Source: Amphiscolops sp. MND2022
Lineage: Eukaryota
Direction of reading: 5' to 3'
DNA: 64,000 nucleotides
Assembly: GCA_964187785.1 (NCBI GenBank)
Contig: OZ076409.1
Coordinates: forward strand, 66,032,001 to 66,096,000
Numbering within the stretch: position 1 is the stretch's first letter; every line of letters begins with the position of its first letter. Under the pieces are notes generated by a model. That model was not told where the DNA came from. It did no database searches and was given only the letters and a program-made list of their open reading frames with translations. Of the stretch, positions 1 through 13,268 are shown in pieces. Both the position numbers and the translations under genes were made by a program.

Positions 1-2063
1 TTCCTGGGTTTTTTGTTCACTGTCGAGTTATCTCTACGTTCGTACCAGAAGTTATCTATCACGTTCTACTTTTCTGGTGCAGTCAGGTCACTGACTGGAT
101 GTACTACGTTCTCATCCAAAGATCGGTGGGCCATTTGCATTTCCAAGTCGAAAGCAGTAGCTTCGTAGATCAGCCATTGGGAGTTGCCCTTGTATCCAGT
201 GTAGGCCATAGATACTTCACATAAGAATGCTGGGTAGGAGGTCTCGCAGGGACGCCATGTTGTTGCACTGATCCGCCGGTTTGGTGCCACTATGTGAAAG
301 CAGAGATTTTGTTCATACTCTGCCTCCGTCACTAGATAATGAAATTGTTGCAAAGGTCTTGGCAGATACATTTGGCCAGGCGGAGAGACAAAGATGACTC
401 CTGCCGTTGATTTCCTGCTGTTGACAGCACGGGCTTTGTTGGTTATCGCATCAACTTAGGCAGTCACTTCGTCTGTCATGAATCCTTGTCACTCTCTGAT
501 GTCCTAGTTCGAAAAATTTTAGCGTACCGTACAGTGCGAGGTGGTCTATCACGTTGCAGTAGATGAGCAGTGGGGAAAGGGGATGGTTGCCGCGGCTGTC
601 GGACCGAAGAGTTTGCATGTCACCTCGATCATGTCTCCTATCGGCTTTCCTCCTATCGGCAAGCTCGCTTTGTGCTCATTTTGATGTTCGAGGGTAGTGG
701 TCTGACGTAAGGGGGATCATATTTTTGCAAATCATTGCGCAAACCATGGAAGGTAACGGCCTGGGAAAAATACTAGCTTCTGGCGGAGATCGTGAGCGCC
801 AATTGTTGATCTCTCTAGGGTTCTCACAGTTTCTGGATCCCCTTTGCTCGTAGCTATATCGAACACCTGCGAACGCCGGATCGAACATCTGCGAACACCG
901 GTCGGACCGTTCGATGGTGGCGTGAATTTCTCGCTGTAGACGCACTGCATCCCTAGATGCCATATCTAGCTGCTGCCAATCATATGGCAAAAGCAATTCA
1001 CTTGTCAACCAAACCCTTCTAGCCGTCAGCTGTTGTGTGATCGAGTTGTTCGGAGTTCGATTTCTGTCGACCTGCTCCTTTGCTCTCTTGCTCTTGTTGG
1101 CATTTATTTTAGTTCTCAGGTCTGTAGGAGCCTTAGCTGCTTGGTTTTCAGCACGTTGGTGTTGCCGTCGCGCTCCTTCAGTTGTGGATCCTTTTGGTAA
1201 CTTATCAGGTGTTCTGGATAATCTCTAAGAGCATCGCCTCTCGATGTGGAGGGTGTCACCACATTATACGAGTATCGAATTGTTACTGTCATAGAATATC
1301 GATCATGCACTGCAAGTTGCAGAGGATGATTGGTATCCTGTGGAAGTTCGATGGTTTGTCTGTTTGGTTTGTCTGTACCATGTCTACTTGCACCCCTTCT
1401 TCTACTTCCCCCTGAAAAGCGGAAGGCAGCATGATGTTGGAGCTTGGCTGCTCCAATAGGCGGACGCCTGTGGATGCCTGAGGCACATGTGGGGTGAGTA
1501 TCGGTTGTGATACCACGTGCAGAATACAGTGAAATTGTGGCATGGCTTGAGGTGGGGTTGTGGGTAAAATGCCTTGAGTGGCGGATGCAGGTTGTGAAGC
1601 TAGGCGCGGTTGAATGGTTGCATCCTCAGAGAGCGTTCTTGATCCATCGAAGGCCTAATAGGCTCTCCATATGTTGAATGAGATATGGGATCACCAACGC
1701 CATGGGTCAGGTCGTACCCATGCCAGATCTTGAAACCGCGCGGAGCGCACGAGCGACGCGATACCATGGATACCGCATGGACCAAGTCCGGATAGTCTAC
1801 CTCAGGTTAGGGAAAGAGGACAAAAGTGAAAAACAGGCATAAGAGAGAGATAAAAAGATTTTTCGTACACATACTCAAACAAAATTTAATTTAAGCCAAG
1901 GTCATTAAACTCTAACCTCTAGCGGACGAAGACAAAGACGGCGAAGATCAAAAGCAATGAACTTCATTCTAGTTAAAATAGGATTAAAACAAGGCCACAG
2001 GCCTACCCAGCGGTTAGCCACCATGTTATTCTTTTCCTATACACTATTAATTCTTGTTAACAC

Positions 2064-3200
2064 CTATGCTATCGACATGTAAACTCTGTCATGAAAAACT
2101 ATCTCTTTGTTCGAATCTAGAAAATGACCTTCTAGTGTAGAGTGCCGTGTTGGTAAGATGTATATCGACCTTTTTGGATTGTAGATTGGAAAGTGTACTT
2201 GTGAGGTTGCGTTACGACTAAACTTGTTCACCAGGTCAACTAGGTACAGATGTAGAACATCGTGGAACAAAGGATGTTTAATTGATGCTCTGGTAAACAA
2301 CAGAAGGATGTCATTGTTCCATGGTGCTTGCAAGTGCATAGCTTTACCTAAAGGTGATTTTTGTATTGAAAATATGTTCTTGTACTCTCTAATGACGTAA
2401 GGTGGCATGGCTGAGTGGGATACTAAATCAGCTGGGCAACACAATACAAAAGTGCCTGTAGTATATCCGAACTATCGTAGGTGATCCAAAACAGATGGTT
2501 TGGTCTGATCTTTGGCTGCGTGATCAACGATTTTCCCGTAGCGTCATTCAGATCTTTGTCAGGTGGTCGTATCAAATGTCCAAAGATTGCTCTTCGATCT
2601 TGCCACAAAGTGCGACGTAGCGGGCGATCACCCATGTTAGTACAGGACTATTCGCGTACAACGGAAAGTGCTTCGAGCAATGTTATTGGTTTTTCAAATA
2701 CGTATGGTTATTCAATAAGCGGATTCTGGCTTCACGACAGAAGTTTATAGCTAATAGCTGTAACCAATGTCGACTGAGGAACGTTCCGCGAAATATATCA
2801 GCTAAGTGAAAACAAAGCGTGTTATCGAACTCCACGAGTGTACGTAATTTTTCTAGACAAATTAACAGAGTTTCCTGCGTCAATGGTAATAATTCATCTC
2901 GGGAGGTGACTAATAACCATCAACCAGCGGTTGGGTGATACACATCTACAGGAATGGTGGTCACGCCATATTGCTTCCATTGCTGAAGCGCGTTGATACA
3001 GCGTACCATTGCTATTTTTGTGTTTTCCGATCCACATTTCCAAACACCATCATTGGTGGGAGTGGGGGAATGATAGCAGCTAACGTGAATTCCAATCCAC
3101 TCTTATCATGCCATGTCAACTCTTTAAAACGATAGTTAGGACAATCTGCAGATGATGTTTTGTGCATTGATTTCAAAGTATTTTCCAATGAAGGAACCAC
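2064..3200 (-). pseudogene. Extra ORF downstream of integrase; contains a divergent macrodomain-like region (OARD1/TARG1 type), possibly two
   Basis: Across one frameshift: WITYDSSDIL..TFVLCCPADLVSHSAM...ILLLFTRASIKHPLFHDVLHLYLVDLVNKFSRNATSQVHFP, which follows the OARD1 pattern ITYVKGDLF..SLAHCISEDC...YYLITK..HKPTYENLQKSLEAM..GVTDLSMP. A similar segment WLLVTSRDELLPLTQETLLICLEKLR lies at ~2840-2920. Confidence 0.45.
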
Positions 3201-4325
3201 ACCTGGTGCAATGCTGGAGTATGTTTTCTCTACACTTATCAGTATGCTCTGTATCAGTATGCTATGGAACGTCTTGGTTGTTGGACTGAATTAGAAGAAT
3301 TTCATGATGGGGATATTCTAATGTTTTTATGTCAACTAAGATATGGGCAGGAGCATCCGCTCCTCGGGCCAATCTCTCGCCCGGTGTTCTTGCTTCAACT
3401 AGGTTGACGCAACTACAGTTACGGAAATGGCAGGTTCCACACCTATATCGTCGTGCTCTATTGTATCTCAGCTAATAAGGCGGTGCTTTTGAAGACGTTG
3501 CTTGTTCAGAATCCAGTTGATCTAGTGACGAAGTCTCTGGTGTTTTTGGTAATGTCATCGCGCAATGTAATTTTCTCGACTGCGCTATGGATCCACCTCG
3601 ACATCATGATCCTCTCTCTGATCGAGTGCATGGCCTGATTGATCTTGCTGTTGCTCTACTTGAAAAGTTGTACTTCCTCGTCTGCGACCTGGAGGTCTGC
3701 CTCTTGGTCTACTTCTCCTATTGACAGTTTGATCTGGTGTAGGAGACCTTCCTTGGTCTTGTTCTGGTGATAGGTCTTCCTCGTGAGTTTCCTCCTGATG
3801 CTCGTTTCCTACAGTGTGTTCTGATCCTATTGAGTTCCCAGCTTGGGAACTGAGTAACGGGAAGTTGCTGAGTGTGTCCGTTAGTGCTGGAATAGACAAC
3901 AATGGTCTGTGCGTGGGTTCAGGCAAAAATTCTTCTTGATCTGAAAACAGCGGTTCTAAATTATCTAGTTCGGGCGGGAAAAACTAGTGGTTGCCGCGTC
4001 TCTACTGCAAGTAGCTCAACAGGCTCGTGATCTGATTCAGAATCAGATGGATATCCTAAGTGACTGAATCGCCTACGAGGAATTCCTCGCCCCATGGCTG
4101 TCTGAGTACGCGTTTGAATTGTTCAGGGGGGACAGACCTGGTTGGTTCCATTTCGAATGATGCCTCTGGCTATTTTTCGGGAAAAAAAAATGAGTCACGC
4201 GAGATGTCCAGTGTAATTTCTTCATGAATATCCTCTACATACGGGTCTGAAACAATGGCCACGTTCTGGTTTAACCCAAAGGGTTGATGTGCTGCACCAA
4301 TACCACGGCGCGAGGACGTGTTTCC

Positions 4326-5300
4326 TCAGGCGCTCACAACGAACTTTCGGCCGGTATCCAGTACGTTAAACCTTCCATAGTGTAATACGTCAGTGACTTT
4401 TTGAGGTCCACGCCAGGCACAAAAAAGTTTACGGGTTCCACCCTTGGGAAGTATGTGACAGACAAACCAAACAGCGTTGCCCACAGAGTAAGCCTTTGCT
4501 TTCAAATGTCCGTCAAACACTTGATTCTGTCGCACTTGAGCTTGGTGTGTGTTCCTACGAATAAGTTCATGGATTTCCTGCTGTTTGGCTAACACGTGCG
4601 CTATAATATCTTCTTTATACTCAAAACAGTGAAAATCGGGTTGTTGCGTGTCTCGAGGAAATTTAGGCACCCAATACTATGTGCTCATCTCAGTTCAAAA
4701 TCTTGTGTACACACGGAGCACAGTAAGCAATTTTCGGTTTTATCGTTCAATGAGACCATTGCCTCTGAGGTGAGCAGCGGGAGACGTTACTTTGGTTACT
4801 TGTGAGTCTTTTATCAGTGTTTGTGCAATCTCAGCCGTGAAGTTGGTCGCATTATCAGACTGCAAGATGGCAGGGGTGCCATGCCTGGCAAACCATTTGT
4901 TCAAATATTTCTTCGCTGTTGTCTAGGCATCGTCCTCGTCATAAACACTTAGGATTGCTTCTGCGAACTTAGTAAGATGGTCTAAAATGACTAGTGGTCC
5001 GTTGATTCATGATATGGTCTTGAAAAACTTCAATTGATCAATCTGTAATAAGTCAATAAAATTGCTGCTGTTAAGGCTTAATAAAGGATACCAAGGATAC
5101 CCAGCGGAATGCCTCGTCCGCTGACAAAACAAACAGCGTTGAATGTAGTTGACAACATCGCGCTTGATACCTGGACACAAAGTCATGTTGGTAGAGTTGA
5201 AGCATGACAATCACAAACGGCCGCACGTGCATTGCACGTCGCTGTGGAAAGTAGTTTACACACAGAATATCGTGGAGATTCACAAACAGCACGTCCTTCT
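4326..5300 (-). pseudogene. Gypsy integrase (disrupted)
   Basis: PGIKRDVVNYIQRCLFCQ zinc finger; ILDHLTKFAEA, HGTPAILQSDNATNF and GNGLIER DDE core; WRGPQKV (GPY/F-like) C-terminus. Confidence 0.85.
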
Positions 5301-5745
5301 TTCGGCGTTAGCATCGCTTCGCGAAATCCTGCACGTCTTCTGGGATCACGACATTGTTCAATGACTCGTTCTTCATGAGTTTCCCCAGTGTCAGTTGTAA
5401 ATCCCTGTTTTGTGCTAATTGGGGGTGTTTCAGACCACGCGTGGTTGCTTGATGCACATGTAGGTCGCTTCCGATTAACCTGAGGACGTCGGCGTGTTCC
5501 TGACACGGCGTAGGCAATCTACGCAATGCTGGGTTGCTATCAGTGCTGTCAAGATGTGCCGGCGGCCCATTGGTTGTTGCACTGAGGATACAATTCGGCC
5601 TATCATTTCCTTCGCTGTGGGTGTCCTTTCCCATTGTACCTTTGGGGAAAATGGTATGGAACTCAAAACTGAACTTGTATTGGTTCTTCTTTTGGTCACT
5701 TTTTCTTGATGTACAACACGTTCCAGGTGATTCGGTACGAAATTT

Positions 5746-7153
5746 CTATGTTCCATTGTATGGCAACGTGGGGAGGTCTTCACAGTCTTTCTGGGACTTG
5801 AAACTGAATCCTTTGCTCGCTTCATGTAAAGTTTCCAAAATTTTCTCTGAATGCTTGTAGTCATTGGTCCTCTTGCTAAGACCGTCTGCATTTCTGTGTT
5901 GCGCGCGTTGTTTATGAATCCTCTCGAAGTGATATAGATCGAGACGCGCAATCCAGCGTTCAATCGTGTCTTGATCTACGGAGTACGTCTTCAGCCATGA
6001 AAGAGCTTGGTTGTCCTGGCGAAGCGTGAATTCTCGACCTGCAAGTTTCGAATGGAGTTTCTCAAAAAAATAGAATACTGCGAACATTTCCAATTTCGGA
6101 GCGCCATATTTCAATTGTCTTCGTAATATTGCTACCATAAACGATTGGACTGAGGATGACTTTTCCATTATACTCTTGTTCTGGGTGTAGAAATCCGACT
6201 ATCGCAACTTCAGTGACATCCCAATCCAATACAAAACGTCTGCTTCGTTTGGCGCAGACAAAACTGTGACAACAGCTAATGCCTGTTTCACTGAGTCAAA
6301 CGCTTGTCTAGCAGCACTGTATCTTAGCAGCATGAAAAGGAATGAAGTCTCAGTAGTAGTTAGCAAACACGAGGGAGCTTTGCAGCTCCTCGTCGTTCCC
6401 CGTAGGCATCCAGTCCAACATCTTGCTGACCACTTCTGGGTCTGGCTTTATCCTTTCGGCTGAAAGTACTCTTCCAAGGTATTTAGTTTCTGTGCGCATG
6501 AAATCACACTTCTCGGCTCGCATCTTTAAACCTGCCTCTCTGAGACAATCAAACACTTCGCTAATTCTCAGCAAATGTCTTCGATGGCTCAGTCGCGATT
6601 GCTATGTCGTCGATGTACGCCATAGCGAATCTCCCGTGTCGCTGTTAAAGCTTCTGCAGAGCTCTGGTTAACCGCTGGCTTCAGGTGGTTCATGCAATAC
6701 ATAGCCCGAAGGGCATACGCCGCCATTCGAATAAGCCAAGCTTACACGCGAACTCATTGTTCAGAGATCACGCTTTTTCAACAGAATCTGCCCAAAGGCC
6801 CACGCTAGATCGATGCTAGTGAATATTCTGGCATTCCCAATTGATGAGAGGCTCTCGTTGATTCTTGGCAGCGGGAAAGCATCCTTCACCGTCACATCAT
6901 TTAGCGAACTGAAGTCAGAACAGAAGCGAAGATCCCCCGATTTGTTCTTTACCATGACTATCCCACTACCCCACGGCGAGTAGGAGGGTTGTATCAGACC
7001 AAGGGCTGGTAAGTTTTGCACTTGCTGATTAGCTACCGCAGCTGTATCAGGGGACATTCGCATAGTTCCTTCTCGGTGTGGTACAGCCTCCAGCTCAAGT
7101 TCGATTCGATGTTTTGCACTTTTGCTCTTTCCTTCGTCAGCTTTGTTCTTCAT
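5746..7153 (-). pseudogene. Gypsy reverse transcriptase and RNase H (disrupted)
   Basis: SPWGSGIVMVKNKSGDLRFC, DAFPLPRI, SIDLAWAFGQI, AYIDDIA (~6600-6622), KCDF..TKYLG; RNase H YGAPKLEMFAV, FTLRQDNQALSWL, HRNADGLS. Confidence 0.9.
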
Positions 7154-7979
7154 GAAAAGTTCTTCGCACTCATTTAAGATATTGTTAACTTCTCCTTCGC
7201 CTTTCCCCCCCCCAAAAAAAAAGAAAGGACGGAAGAGAGGTTTGGGCCTTGAATTGGCTTTAGCATTTGTGGATCTGTCCTTTTACGTTTCTTAATTTCC
7301 GATAGACATAACCATGAAGACAAAAAATTCTGTGCAAAGGAACTAAATTCGGAACGAGTGTCATATAAATTCAATTTCAATTCCCCATGCACCTTGTTTA
7401 CCAAGTCAACTGCAAGCTTCGTAGCTTCGATATTGACTTCAAACGAAACAGAGTTCAACACAAAATTGGTGAGCACCGCTTTACCGGCTACAGTGGGTTT
7501 ATCCACTCCTACCCTCTCTTTTCGAGTTTGGTTTTTGAGGGCTAAGAATAATACACCGCCTTCTCTCACGGAAGTTAGTATATCTTCCTAAACAAACGAT
7601 GAGAATGACTTGATGTTATGATGGTGCACCAGTACATCACGAAAGTGAAACTCATTAGGCTGCTGCGTTTTGATCTTTGCACGCACTACTTTTCGCTCAA
7701 AAAGGCCCTGGAATGACTTTCTCAGCAGAAGGGACAAACAAGGCTTCTTGGTCACTGGCTTCATGGACTGCTTTGAAGATACTAGGTGATTTAGGGTCTC
7801 GGATGGTTACCCTCTTGGCAGTCAGTTCATACAGCACGTACGCAAGAAATCGCGACCAAGGAGGAAGTCCTCGGAGCCTATGAGGTGAACAATGACGACA
7901 AATTTGATCTTTAGGGTATCCCCGCCTAGTTGGAACTTGCATCCTCGGCATTACCGACGGTGTTGATGCTCTTGCCATT

Positions 7980-8110
7980 GGCAGCATACAAGTCGACGTC
8001 ATACGGCAACAAGCTCAGTGCATGTGGTGTCGCGATTATGCACTAAGTGAAAGAATGGAGACTCCGGATCCAGTGTCTATCATGCCAAATAAGGTATCGG
8101 TTTTTGTAGG
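7980..8110 (-). pseudogene. Retroviral-type aspartic protease fragment
   Basis: Reverse complement of 8041-8100 reads DTLFGMIDTGSGVSILSLS (D-T-G active site). Confidence 0.75.
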
Positions 8111-9039
8111 GTAGTACCGAACGCAACAACCAACGAGGTCTTCTCATTAATCCGAGCCTCTCCTTGTCCATCCTGTACCCCTATGTGGTAGCAGCGCAAT
8201 TCTGCGGAAAGTGTCCTTCCGGGACAACAATCGCGTCGAACTTCATGTCGACGCTGTCGAGGTTGATTGCTATGAGAATTGGCTCAATTGTTTTGACTTT
8301 TTGTTTCAATGCTAGCTTTGTTTCATCTTGCCTTGCGAAATGTGGCAAGGTTCTGGATGTTATTTTGAGATCCGTGTTTTGACACAGTTCCTCTTTCAAT
8401 TGGGATAATGTTAGATTCAAGCGCGTTTTTTGTTCTGCTGACAGAAGCAAGTGACTCGGTAAAGTCATGTTCCGGGGCTTCAATCGTTGTGAGGATCTGT
8501 TTCTCACCTCAAGTCACGACTACGGGACGCGAAGGGCCTCCTGCTTCCGCTATCCATATCACCCTAATCTGGTTGTCTGAGTCGGGAATCGTTACCGGGG
8601 CGTACCACGTAGCTCTTGCCTGGTCACCCGTTTTTGCATTTTTGGGCGCCATTCACTCCGATGCCTCTTGGCCCGCACGGCTGCAGTCGATGCAGAGCGT
8701 TACCGTTCCCCTGCACTAGTAAGGCCGCAGGCAAGATGTCGTTCGTTTATGCCTTGTGGGTTAGAGGGGTATGTCAATTCGCAAGCGAGGTTTGTGTGAC
8801 TCGAGTTGACTTGCTGTTGCACTTGTTTTCATGCTCGATGCATCAAAAACCAATCAGCTACAAAATGTCATGGATCGCCGCAAATGAAGCACGCTCTAGG
8901 TGGTTGTTGTCGATGAGCCATTGGCTGCTGAAGTACCTGTTGTGCGTTAGGTAGAGGCGGAGGAGCGGACGGCTGTTGGTTTTGATTTGGTTCGTTTTGC
9001 GGAGGACCGTATAGTTGCGAGGACGCCAGTGGTAGATTA

Positions 9040-10200
9040 TCTATTCTTGCAATGCGTTGAGTTCTAGGCTCTCTTTCTAGGTGTGCTACAGTCTCTTCAT
9101 ATATCCCGTTCTACAGACGGGCCATGTTGACAGATCGTTTCATTTCTGAATGCATTTTGGCGTTCACCAAGCTGTCAATCACGCTTTTTGCGTTTCCATC
9201 AAAGATTTTTTTCAGCGCCTTGGTTGTTCCAAGAAATACGGCAACTTCATGGTTTTAGGGTCAAAAATGACCCTATGCGTTTTGTGTTTTGCCGTAGTTT
9301 GTGATTCCGGTTTCACGAATTTCCTCCGGAATATGAACAATACGTCCTCTAAAGTTTGACGGTTGATTGAGTTTAAGTTCCTGAATGTCTGCAAGGCTCC
9401 TTTCCTCAGCAATGAGTGGAAATGATTAATTTGCATTTGTTCTGCCATTGCAGGTTCCATTTTAATCATCGTGTGGAACAAGTCCTCGAAAAGCTCGAAT
9501 TTCTCGCCCTTTCCATCAAATCTTATTGGTGTTGTCGTGACTGGTCTAATCGTCATTGATTGTGGTTTGTTCTGCAGGATCTAGGACTGGCAGATTCGTA
9601 TCCAAAAAGACATTGTCGCTCGATTCTAGTCTCTACAGGTTCGGGTTTGAGTGGATTCGTCCTGTCAGGATTTCAGGAATGTGCCGTTGGGTGTCGGTAG
9701 CTCCTGTCACCATGTAAGGACTCGGGTCATCCGTGTCTCTTAGGTCTAGGCAGACCTAGAGTCTTTTTTTGTGATTTTGTTTTCAACCCAGTTGTCTCAA
9801 TATTGTTCTCCTGGTTATTCGATGACGAACCAGACTCAGTGTCCCTATTCTCTGAAGGTGTAAAACTCATCATCTCTGAATCTCTGGAATCACTCTTTCA
9901 AAAATCGCCTAACTAATCGCTCAATTTATCTGGCAATCCATCATGGGCATCATGGCATCCATTTCTTGCGAGAGTCTCATGATGTTTTCATTTGAAAACG
10001 TTTATCTTGATTCCACAATAATAACTTGCCTAGGAGATTGGCCCCCATGGCCAACATTTCTAATATCAATTTCATTGGAGGGTTTTGTTCTAAAATGCAA
10101 ATCGATTCCGAGTTCGTCGTTGTGTTGGCTAATTCCCTTTGTATGTGATTTACATTCTCACTTCCAAGTAAAACGTCCATATTTTCGAAATCGGACATCA
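9040..10200 (-). pseudogene. Retrotransposon gag (disrupted)
   Basis: RFDGKGEKFELFEDLF...INHFHSLLRKGALQTF...LEDVLFIFRRKFVKP capsid-like region, continuing through frameshifts to ...IYEETVAHLERE. Confidence 0.7.
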
Positions 10201-11789
10201 AGTCCTTCTCTCTTGCCTTTCTAGGTTCCGCCTTTTGTTTTTTTTTGTAGATGGCATTAAAATTGTACGAGAGAGTAATACTTTTTCGAAACTAAACATT
10301 TTAGAATTTTTAATTTTTACAATCAGGTTAATCAGTCAAATTGTGTCAGAGCCTTCTGGAAAGCTCTATATTTACTCCCAGAAGGATGACATTCCATTTC
10401 GGAGAAGTCATCGTACTAAAAATAGAATTACTTCACCTATAATAAGAAACAAAACTATAAATAGTAGCAAGACGTATGAACATCAAAGCACAGGCGGGCG
10501 GCAACCTTTGTTTATGTGGACATACAGACCATATAAACGTGATATCAACATAGCAACGTATATACATGTAATCCTGATTATTGAACAGCTACATGCAATT
10601 TATATGCAAAAGTCATAGCAATCGGGCCATAAGCGGCGGAATGTATTTCTGTATATTGCTTTAGTGAATGAATTTCATGATCAGTGTCAATTATTTCATG
10701 CTTGGGGCGAATAAAGGAAAATTCCCCTCTTGTACCGTACTATTCTCATTTTTGTCAAATGAGCGACTTGTGGTCCAATTGCCTTTAATTGTACGGATCA
10801 CTAGCACGCGTAGCCGTACAAGGCCTTTAATTAAATGGAGCACCGCAATAATGAATGGACGGTTCTGATTGATTGAAAAGTAAATTAAACGCATCGTCCG
10901 CAGCGACAGGCAAGGAAACATTTGAGCACGTTTCCTTTGCCTGTACGCCTTGGTGTCCAATTAAATTACAAATAAATCAATAGTATATGTATAAAATGAG
11001 AAAACGCTCATGTATAATTACATGTATATTTGAAAAACCAAATTCGAATGATCGCTATAAATTAGAAGAGTTTTGGTTTCAAAGTTTCGTAGGTCTATTC
11101 CAGGACGGCCTGTCGGGCTTCCTTAGTCGAGAGGGATTGTCCCAGGAGAGTGTTATATTGATTGTATGAGATGGAATACCAGCTTCCATCGCATGCGGCA
11201 GCCCGCGATACGCCTACCCAAAAAATGCCGGTTTCCTCAAGAAATTATGGCGAGGGGGCTTGATCAATGAAAGGCTTTTACCTTCACTTTTACGAAAATA
11301 ATGTTACTGTTAATGCCAAAAAACAAGAAACCTCAGCAAACTACATTCCCTGAGCAAATAGGTTCTAATCGGTATTTTGGATCCTGGAACAAGATGGGGC
11401 AACCCCCATACGGCAGTTCGACAAACCTTTTTTGAATCAATATGGAGGAGTACAGTTTCTGCAGCCCCCGCCAATTTCTCCAGATCCATTGGCATTCGAA
11501 AACTTCTGACAGATCCTTGAACATGAAATTGAAAAGAAAAAACCCAGACGAATTTGGACAATTTGCGCCAGGCAAAATGTAACATTCGAGTTGAGTAAGA
11601 TGGAACCTGCAAAAAGTATAAAAAGTGTTTACAAAATGGAGGCAAGCTGGCAGATAAAAACGACGATGAACAGACAGAAAAAAGCTAAATCTTTTCAACG
11701 GCATCATAGCGAACTTTTTTTTTCTATCCGCACGAACTGACCAAAATAGTTCTTAAAAGTTCTACAAAATATTATGGTGTCAAATTGCA

Positions 11790-12333
11790 CCATTTGGTCT
11801 AGCGAACTGGACCAAAATGGTTTTACCTGTTTTTCCGCGTAACATACCATACCGGGCGAGACCAAAGAGTCCCCCCTTTCAATTTTTTTCGGCACTGCGA
11901 GACATTTTTTTCGGAATTTTTTTCCTCAAAGGGTCCCCCTGCATTTTTTTGATGCTTTGCGACAGAATGGATGTTGGAAAATCCCAAAAGGTTCCTCCTT
12001 TCAGTTTTTTTCGGCATTGTGAGATTTTTTCCCGAATAAAAAAATTCTCCTCAATTTTTTCATGTTTTGCGACGAAATGGATGTTGAAAAACCTCAAAGG
12101 GTCCCCCCTTTCAGTTTTTCGGCATTGTGAGACGTTAGCGCGCCAAGGGCTCGCGCTAGCGGGCCCCGGCGCGCCACTCGGTCCATTTTTTTAGTATGTA
12201 ATTTTTTCAAAAAAAATAATTTCGAAAAATTTTCGATTTTCGAGTACTGTAAAAGAATACTTGACACTTGGAAGTCTTTTTGCGATTTTTGAGCCTTGGA
12301 TATGGCGCCGACTTGGGCCGGTCCCGGCTTGTT
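11790..12333 (+). mobile_element. Helentron/HINE-like dispersed repeat, 3' portion
   Basis: Internal GGGTCCCCCTTTCA-T-rich-CGGCA(C/T)TG motifs; 3' end GAGCCTTGGATATGGCGCCGACTTGGGCCGGTCCCGGCTTGTT shared with the other copies. 5' boundary approximate. Confidence 0.6.
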
Positions 12334-12384
12334 GTTTCCTCATATTAGCTTTTCTTCGAGTCATAGATCAAGTTACCGTTCTCA

Positions 12385-13268
12385 TTTTTAGTCGGCACAT
12401 TTTATCAAAATGAGCCCGACTATTACAGTGGCAAGTTTTTTTTCTTTTTTTTCGTCAGACCACAGAATGTATGCGTAGTGGACACTTTTTCAGAAATACT
12501 AAACTACTGGATCGGCAAACGGGGAGCGCATTTAAGATAGTGCAAAGGGTCCCCCCTTTCAGTTAATCAATTTTTATTGTAAGATACAAAAGCGGACGAG
12601 ACTATAGGATCCCCCCTTTGAGTTTTTTTGGCACTGTGCGACTTTTTTTCGAATTTTTTTGTCTCCAAAGAGTCCCCCTTCAAATTTTTTGATATTTTAC
12701 AGCAAACTGAAGTTTCAAAGAGCCCAAAGGATCTCCCCTTTCAAATTTTTCGGCACTGTGAGACTGGCTCAAAATTCTTATTCATCGATTTTCCGTTTTT
12801 GTTCGAAATTTTTTTAATGTCTCGAAAGGGTCCCCCTTCAATTTATTAAAATAATTTGCGACATAATAGATATTTAAAAATCCCAAAGGGTCCCCTCTTT
12901 TAGATCTTTTGGCACTATGAGACTGTTCAACATTGTCATTTTTTGTCTGAAATTAGGTTTTCTAAATATATATCTACCAATAGTTTTTTCCAAAACTGTC
13001 CGAAACTTGGACGTAATATCCTGAGTAAAGCGCTATATCCGAATTTTTGACGTTATATCCAAATTATATTCCGTTTTACCAAGGAGGGGGCGGGTGTTCG
13101 AGAAGCGCCACCATTTGTCCCAGCACGCTATATCCGAAGTTTGAGACATTACACCCCGCAACAAATTGATTTTCAAAAAACCCAAAGGATCCCCCTTTAA
13201 CAATTTCAAAAAGTTTGAGCTTTTTGAGCTTTAGATATGGCGCCGACTTTAGACGTTCCCGTCTTGTT
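12385..13268 (+). mobile_element. Helentron/HINE-like non-autonomous element
   Basis: 5' TTTTTAGTCGGC...CCCGACT stem-loop; 3' GGCGCCGACT inverted repeat, then hairpin GACG-TTCC-CGTC and TTGTT. Confidence 0.65.

Larger units (their letters stand above)
2064..10230 (-). mobile_element. Degenerate Ty3/Gypsy LTR retrotransposon body (gag-PR-RT-RH-IN plus 3' extra ORF); possibly chimeric of two families; LTRs not identified
   Basis: Minus-strand fragments in Gypsy order: gag 9040-10200, degenerate zinc knuckle ~8665-8700 (CIDCSRAGQEASE*), protease MIDTGSGVSIL, RT, RNase H, integrase. Many stops and frameshifts. Confidence 0.85.

Noticed and set aside
2024..2062. Possible tiny TG...CA LTR between two elements
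   Set aside because: Only 39 bp, no adjacent polypurine tract and no second copy in the window.
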